Below, piece after piece: positions 59,535 through 64,000 of a DNA stretch of 64,000 bases. The stretch comes from Cellvibrionales bacterium. GTDB taxonomy: Bacteria > Pseudomonadota > Gammaproteobacteria > Pseudomonadales > UBA7239. The notes under the pieces are model-generated. The model was not told the DNA's origin and ran no database searches. It saw only the letters and a list, made by a program, of their open reading frames with translations. The stretch spans positions 1,182-65,181 of the forward strand of contig JAYVJM010000079.1 of the NCBI GenBank assembly GCA_043769275.1. Direction: 5' to 3'. Each line of letters opens with the position of its first letter. The first letter of the stretch is position 1. Position numbers and translations under genes: made by a program.

Positions 59535-62297
59535 ATGATTGTTCCAGATCGCATCCTTGTCGACGGCTCCTCTTATTTCTACCGTGCGTTTCATGCGTTG
59601 CCACCTTTGGCCACCGCCAGCGGCCAGCCCACCGGCGCAATTAAAGGCGTGCTTTCCATGTTGCGCCGCCTGCGTGCCGACTATCCGCACAGCATTATGG
59701 TGGTGATTTTCGATGCGAAAGGCGGCACGTTTCGTAACGAGCTCTACCCTGCATACAAGGCCAATCGCCCGCCCATGCCAGATGATTTACGTGTGCAAAT
59801 TGAGCCTCTGTATGCCGCTATTCGTGCGATGGGTTTGCCGCTGCTGATCGTTGAAGGAGTGGAAGCCGACGACGTAATCGGCACGCTGGCGATGCAGGCG
59901 CGTGCGCATCAACACGAGGTGCTGGTGTCCACCAGCGATAAAGATATGGCGCAACTGGTGTGCGAGCACGTCACGCTCGTCAACACCATGAGTGACACGG
60001 TATTGGATCGCGCAGGCGTTCTCGAAAAATTTGGCGTTTTTCCCGAACAAATTGTCGATTATCTGGCGCTGATGGGCGACAAGGTAGACAACATCCCTGG
60101 CGTGGACAAATGCGGCCCAAAAACCGCAGCGAAGTGGCTGCAGGAATTTGGCACGCTGGAAAAGGTGATGGAAAACGCCGGCAAAATCAGCGGGAAAATT
60201 GGCGAAAATCTGCGTGCTGCTTTAGATTTTTTGCCGCTGTCGCAACAACTAGCCGCCATTAAAACCGATGTGAATTTACCGCAAAACTGGCATGACTTGC
60301 ACCCGACAGAACCGGATCAAGAACAGCTAATAAACCTGTTTGAAACGCTTGAATTTAAAAGCTGGCACGCAGAACTATTGCGCGGCGGACAGATGATGGC
60401 GGCCGTCACAAAAAAACAAGAGACAGAAAAGCCATCTTCCATGACCGGAGAAACCGCCGATTTTTTTTCTGCAGAAATACCTGAAGAACGCCATTTATAC
60501 GAAACTATTTTTTCTATGACTGCTTTAAATAGCTGGATAGAAAAATTAAAACACGCGCCGTATTTTTCTTTTGATCTTGAAACAACCAGCTTGGATTACA
60601 TGCAGGCCGATATCGTCGGGCTGTCATTTTCCATTAGCGCAGGCCGTGCCGCTTATGTGCCGATGGCGCACAGTTATCTCGGTGTGCCGCAGCAGTTGTC
60701 GCGCATAGATGTATTAGAAAAAATGCGCCCAATTTTAGAAAATTCCGCACACAAAAAAGTGATGCAAAACGGCAAATATGACATGAATGTACTGGCGCGT
60801 GTGGGCATCACGCTGCGCGGCGTAACGTTCGACACCATGCTGGAATCTTACGTTTTAGATTCGGTGGCGACGCGCCACAACATGGATGATCTGGCGCAAA
60901 AATATCTGAATTACAAAACCATTCATTTTGAAGATGTGGCAGGCAAAGGCGCAAAGCAATTGCGTTTCGACGAGATAGAAATAGGACAAGCCGCAGCCTA
61001 TGCCGCTGAAGATGCCGACATAACTTTGCGCTTGCACGAAACACTGTGGCCGCAAGTACAACAACAAAACGGCCTAAGATTTATTTATGAAAAAATTGAA
61101 GCACCGTTGATTCCCATTTTGTCACGCATGGAATGCCACGGCGTGCTGATAGATGCCGCGCTGCTGGCAAAACAAAGTGTGGCGTTGGACGCACGCTTAC
61201 AAGCATTGGAGCGCGAAGCATTTGATCTGGCGGGGCAGGAATTTAATCTGAGTTCACCGAAACAATTGGGCGAAATTCTTTACGGAAAATTGCAGTTGCC
61301 TGCACTGAAAAAAACCCCCACCGGCCAAGCATCTACCGCAGAGGCAGTATTACAGGAGCTGGCTCTGGATTACCTGCTGCCACAAGTGATTATGCAGCAC
61401 CGTGGACTGAGCAAATTAAAATCCACCTACACCGACAAATTGCCGCGTATGCTCGACCCCGTTAGCGGTCGCGTGCACACGTCTTACCATCAAGCAGTGG
61501 CAGCTACCGGCCGCCTGTCATCGTCTGACCCAAACCTGCAAAACATTCCCATACGCACAGCAGAAGGCCGCCGTGTGCGGCAAGCGTTTATCGCACCCAA
61601 CGGTTACAAAATTATCGCAGCGGATTATTCGCAAATTGAGCTGCGTATCATGGCGCATTTGTCAGAAGATGCCGGTTTATGTCGCGCATTTTCTGAAGGC
61701 TTAGACATTCACCGCGCCACCGCCGCTGAAGTGTTTGGCATGCCGCTGCAAGCTGTAACACAAGAGCAACGCCGCAGCGCAAAAGCCATCAATTTTGGGC
61801 TGATTTACGGCATGTCGGCTTTTGGATTGGCCAAACAATTGCGCGTCGGTCGCGCACAAGCGCAGGACTACATCAATGTATATTTTGCGCGTTACCCTGG
61901 CGTGTTGTCTTACATGGAAAACACACGCTCGCAGGCGGCTGAAATCGGCTTCGTCGAAACGCTTTTTGGGCGGCGTTTGTATCTGCCGGAAATCCGCGCC
62001 CGCAACGCAGGCTTACGTCAAGCCGCCGAACGCACTGCCATCAATGCGCCCATGCAAGGCACCGCAGCCGACATTATTAAACGCGCCATGATTAACGTGG
62101 ATGCGTGGCTGCAAACCTCAAATATCGACGCACGTATGGTGATGCAAGTACACGATGAACTGGTATTTGAAGTGGCGGAAAATGCCGTGGAAAACGTGCG
62201 CGAAAACATCGTGCAACTGATGGCAAGTGCCGCCGATTTACGTGTGCAGCTGATTGTCGATACCGGCGTGGGTAACAACTGGGATGAGGCGCATTGA
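59535..62297 (+). CDS. polA: DNA polymerase I
   Basis: 920 aa. It has a 5' nuclease domain (LVDGSSYFYRAFHA), a 3'-5' exonuclease domain (FDLETTSLD) and a polymerase domain (DYSQIELRIMAH, QVHDELVFE). Confidence 0.97.
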   Translation: MIVPDRILVDGSSYFYRAFHALPPLATASGQPTGAIKGVLSMLRRLRADYPHSIMVVIFDAKGGTFRNELYPAYKANRPPMPDDLRVQIEPLYAAIRAMGLPLLIVEGVEADDVIGTLAMQARAHQHEVLVSTSDKDMAQLVCEHVTLVNTMSDTVLDRAGVLEKFGVFPEQIVDYLALMGDKVDNIPGVDKCGPKTAAKWLQEFGTLEKVMENAGKISGKIGENLRAALDFLPLSQQLAAIKTDVNLPQNWHDLHPTEPDQEQLINLFETLEFKSWHAELLRGGQMMAAVTKKQETEKPSSMTGETADFFSAEIPEERHLYETIFSMTALNSWIEKLKHAPYFSFDLETTSLDYMQADIVGLSFSISAGRAAYVPMAHSYLGVPQQLSRIDVLEKMRPILENSAHKKVMQNGKYDMNVLARVGITLRGVTFDTMLESYVLDSVATRHNMDDLAQKYLNYKTIHFEDVAGKGAKQLRFDEIEIGQAAAYAAEDADITLRLHETLWPQVQQQNGLRFIYEKIEAPLIPILSRMECHGVLIDAALLAKQSVALDARLQALEREAFDLAGQEFNLSSPKQLGEILYGKLQLPALKKTPTGQASTAEAVLQELALDYLLPQVIMQHRGLSKLKSTYTDKLPRMLDPVSGRVHTSYHQAVAATGRLSSSDPNLQNIPIRTAEGRRVRQAFIAPNGYKIIAADYSQIELRIMAHLSEDAGLCRAFSEGLDIHRATAAEVFGMPLQAVTQEQRRSAKAINFGLIYGMSAFGLAKQLRVGRAQAQDYINVYFARYPGVLSYMENTRSQAAEIGFVETLFGRRLYLPEIRARNAGLRQAAERTAINAPMQGTAADIIKRAMINVDAWLQTSNIDARMVMQVHDELVFEVAENAVENVRENIVQLMASAADLRVQLIVDTGVGNNWDEAH

Positions 62298-62310
62298 GCC
62301 GTTAGCATTC

Positions 62311-62336
62311 CATTCGCCCTGAGCTTGTCGAATAGC
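62311..62336. repeat. single unit of the palindromic repeat family (copy G)
   Basis: cattcgccctgagcttgtcgaatagc lies just after the polA stop. Confidence 0.65.
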
Positions 62337-62486
62337 ATTGGCGCGCTTGCTGGCACGGCCAGCTCGATGGTTTGACCTAATGCCGACGGCGATGGCTACC
62401 GAGATGCAATAGACCCGCAGCCGACAAACCCTGCTGTACATTGAATGGGAAGCGCAGCATTGTTTGATCCGATCACAGATCGGCGC

Positions 62487-63104
62487 TTATTGCATCACCA
62501 GCGGTTCACCAAAACACATGCGCAATAACGCCACATTCTCCTGCCACGCAGGCATGCGTGCCCCGAGATCATTGGCAATCCAACCGTGCAGCGGCAATCC
62601 GTCGGCCAGTATTGCTTCCCGTGTTAGCAAGGCGTGATTCAAACAGCCCAACTTTAAACCCACCACCAAAATGACGGGGATGTTTAAAATTTTCACCACA
62701 TCGGCCAACGTTTCGCTGTTGTTGATCGGCGTGCGCCAGCCGCCCGCGCCCTCGATTAGCGCGTAATCAAAATCAGTGTGCTTCAGCACGGCTTGTATTT
62801 TCTGCGCAATAGTTTCGGCACTTAACAGCACATCACCGTGCGCTGCGGCAATGTGCGGTGCGATTGGCTCGGCAAAACAAAAAGGGTTGATAGCCTCATA
62901 AGGCAACTTGATGGAACTCGCGGCCATCAACGCCAGCGCGTCCTCATTACGCAAACCCTCCGCACACAATTGCGCTCCAGATGCCAGCGGTTTTAATCCT
63001 AATGTACGCAAGCCTTTTTGTTGCGCGTGATGCAACAACGCACAAGCGGAATAGGTTTTGCCTGCGTCTGTATCTGTGCCAGTGACAAAAAATATTTGCT
63101 TCAT
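62487..63104 (-). CDS. bioD: dethiobiotin synthetase
   Basis: I set the start at MKQIFFVTGTDTDAGKT (63104), preceded by GGAG. It follows bioC. Confidence 0.92.
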   Translation of the reverse strand: MKQIFFVTGTDTDAGKTYSACALLHHAQQKGLRTLGLKPLASGAQLCAEGLRNEDALALMAASSIKLPYEAINPFCFAEPIAPHIAAAHGDVLLSAETIAQKIQAVLKHTDFDYALIEGAGGWRTPINNSETLADVVKILNIPVILVVGLKLGCLNHALLTREAILADGLPLHGWIANDLGARMPAWQENVALLRMCFGEPLVMQ

Positions 63105-63138
63105 AAATTTGATCTCCGCTGGGGGGGGCAACGCGTTT

Positions 63139-64000
63139 TTAACAAACCGCACTCACATAAAACACCGCATACGTCGCAGGCAATCCATCCAATTCACGAA
63201 ACTGTTCATAAGCCACTTGCGCGTGTTGCCAGTGTTGTTTTCCGGTTAAACCCGCAGGCTGACCGGCATTCATGTTGTGCGCGCCGATGGCTTTTAATTC
63301 GCGCACCAGTTCAAACATATCGGGATAATGTTTAACGTAAGAAATTTGATTTGTTTTCACAGTGTGAAAACCCGTGTCTTGCAAACATTGCTGCAAAAAA
63401 TCAGCCGCCATAAAGTGATTCACATGCACTCGGTCATCTGCCGCTTGCCAGCTTTTCTCTAACTCATGCAATGTGCTGGGCAAAAAAGTGCTGAAAAATA
63501 ACTGGCCGCCTGCACACAATACGCGTCGCCATTGCACGAAACAACGCGGCACATCGCTCGCCCACTGCAGGGCTAAATTACTCACCAGAACATCCACGCT
63601 GTTATCTGCCAGCGGCAAGCGCTCCATGTCGCCTTGTAGCCAGATAATTTTCTCGCCGTGCTGTTGGCGCGCATATAGCAGCATATCTGTGGCGATATCC
63701 AGCGCCAAAACAACATTATTTTCTTGATAAAAATGCCGACTGATGAACCCTGTACCGCAGCCGACATCCAATATTTTTTGGGGTGTTTCAAAATTCATTT
63801 GCGATAAAAGTTGCGTGCCAACTTCACGTTGCAAAATAGCAAAGCGGTCATAACTGGCGGCTGCTTTTCCAAACGAGCGGCGAATATTTTTTTTATCGAC
63901 CCGATAACGCTCGTCTTCGTGCACGTTTTTTTCAGATGCGGTGCTGGCAATAAATGTGCGTATTTTTTCTGCTAATAGCTCTGGCTGCGACAAAGGCAAA
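63139..64000 (-). CDS. bioC: malonyl-ACP O-methyltransferase BioC; reading frame open to the right window edge
   Basis: IRRSFGKAAASYDRFAILQREV and ILDVGCGTGF match BioC. About 35 extra residues upstream of the BioC core stay in frame with no stop before position 64000, so the true 5' end cannot be set. Confidence 0.85.
   Translation of the reverse strand, partial: LPLSQPELLAEKIRTFIASTASEKNVHEDERYRVDKKNIRRSFGKAAASYDRFAILQREVGTQLLSQMNFETPQKILDVGCGTGFISRHFYQENNVVLALDIATDMLLYARQQHGEKIIWLQGDMERLPLADNSVDVLVSNLALQWASDVPRCFVQWRRVLCAGGQLFFSTFLPSTLHELEKSWQAADDRVHVNHFMAADFLQQCLQDTGFHTVKTNQISYVKHYPDMFELVRELKAIGAHNMNAGQPAGLTGKQHWQHAQVAYEQFRELDGLPATYAVFYVSAVC

Overview
This is a chromosomal segment of a gammaproteobacterium with Pseudomonas-like core synteny: rplM-rpsI-petABC-sspAB, miaA-hfq-hflXKC, rpmBG, thrB-polA, cmoAB and bioCD. 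It is almost fully coding. I call about 60 protein genes, one tRNA-Leu(CAA), rpmG (too short for the ORF track), a lipA fragment at the left edge, and prfB with its +1 frameshift site. I saw no rRNA, CRISPR array, transposase, integrase or phage genes. Several accessory insertions interrupt the housekeeping blocks. (1) A six-gene membrane glycosylation operon (35.9-41.9 kb) encodes a GT-C-like polytopic protein, a membrane-anchored GT2, a GtrA-like protein, two SAM methyltransferases and a GT4. Its acceptor is unknown, and two direct copies of one nested-palindrome repeat bracket it. This is my best candidate for an undescribed system. (2) A 1304-aa secreted protein combines thrombospondin type-3 calcium-binding repeats, delta-60-type repeats and six 111-nt tandem repeats. 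(3) A metal neighbourhood holds a CzcCBA-type efflux operon with a trailing DUF385 gene, a secreted PI-PLC fused to a ricin-type lectin, and an OprC-type copper receptor with a C10 tract in its 5' coding region. (4) A GH17 glucanase/transglycosylase fused to a polytopic membrane domain (NdvC-like) lies between sspB and aroB, where aroK is expected. (5) rpoE has no adjacent anti-sigma gene. A dispersed palindromic repeat family (unit about CCGTTCGCGCTGAGCTTGTCGAAGGG) occurs at least ten times and creates several spurious ORFs or ORF extensions. All protein calls rest on motif and synteny recognition by eye. No database search was run.
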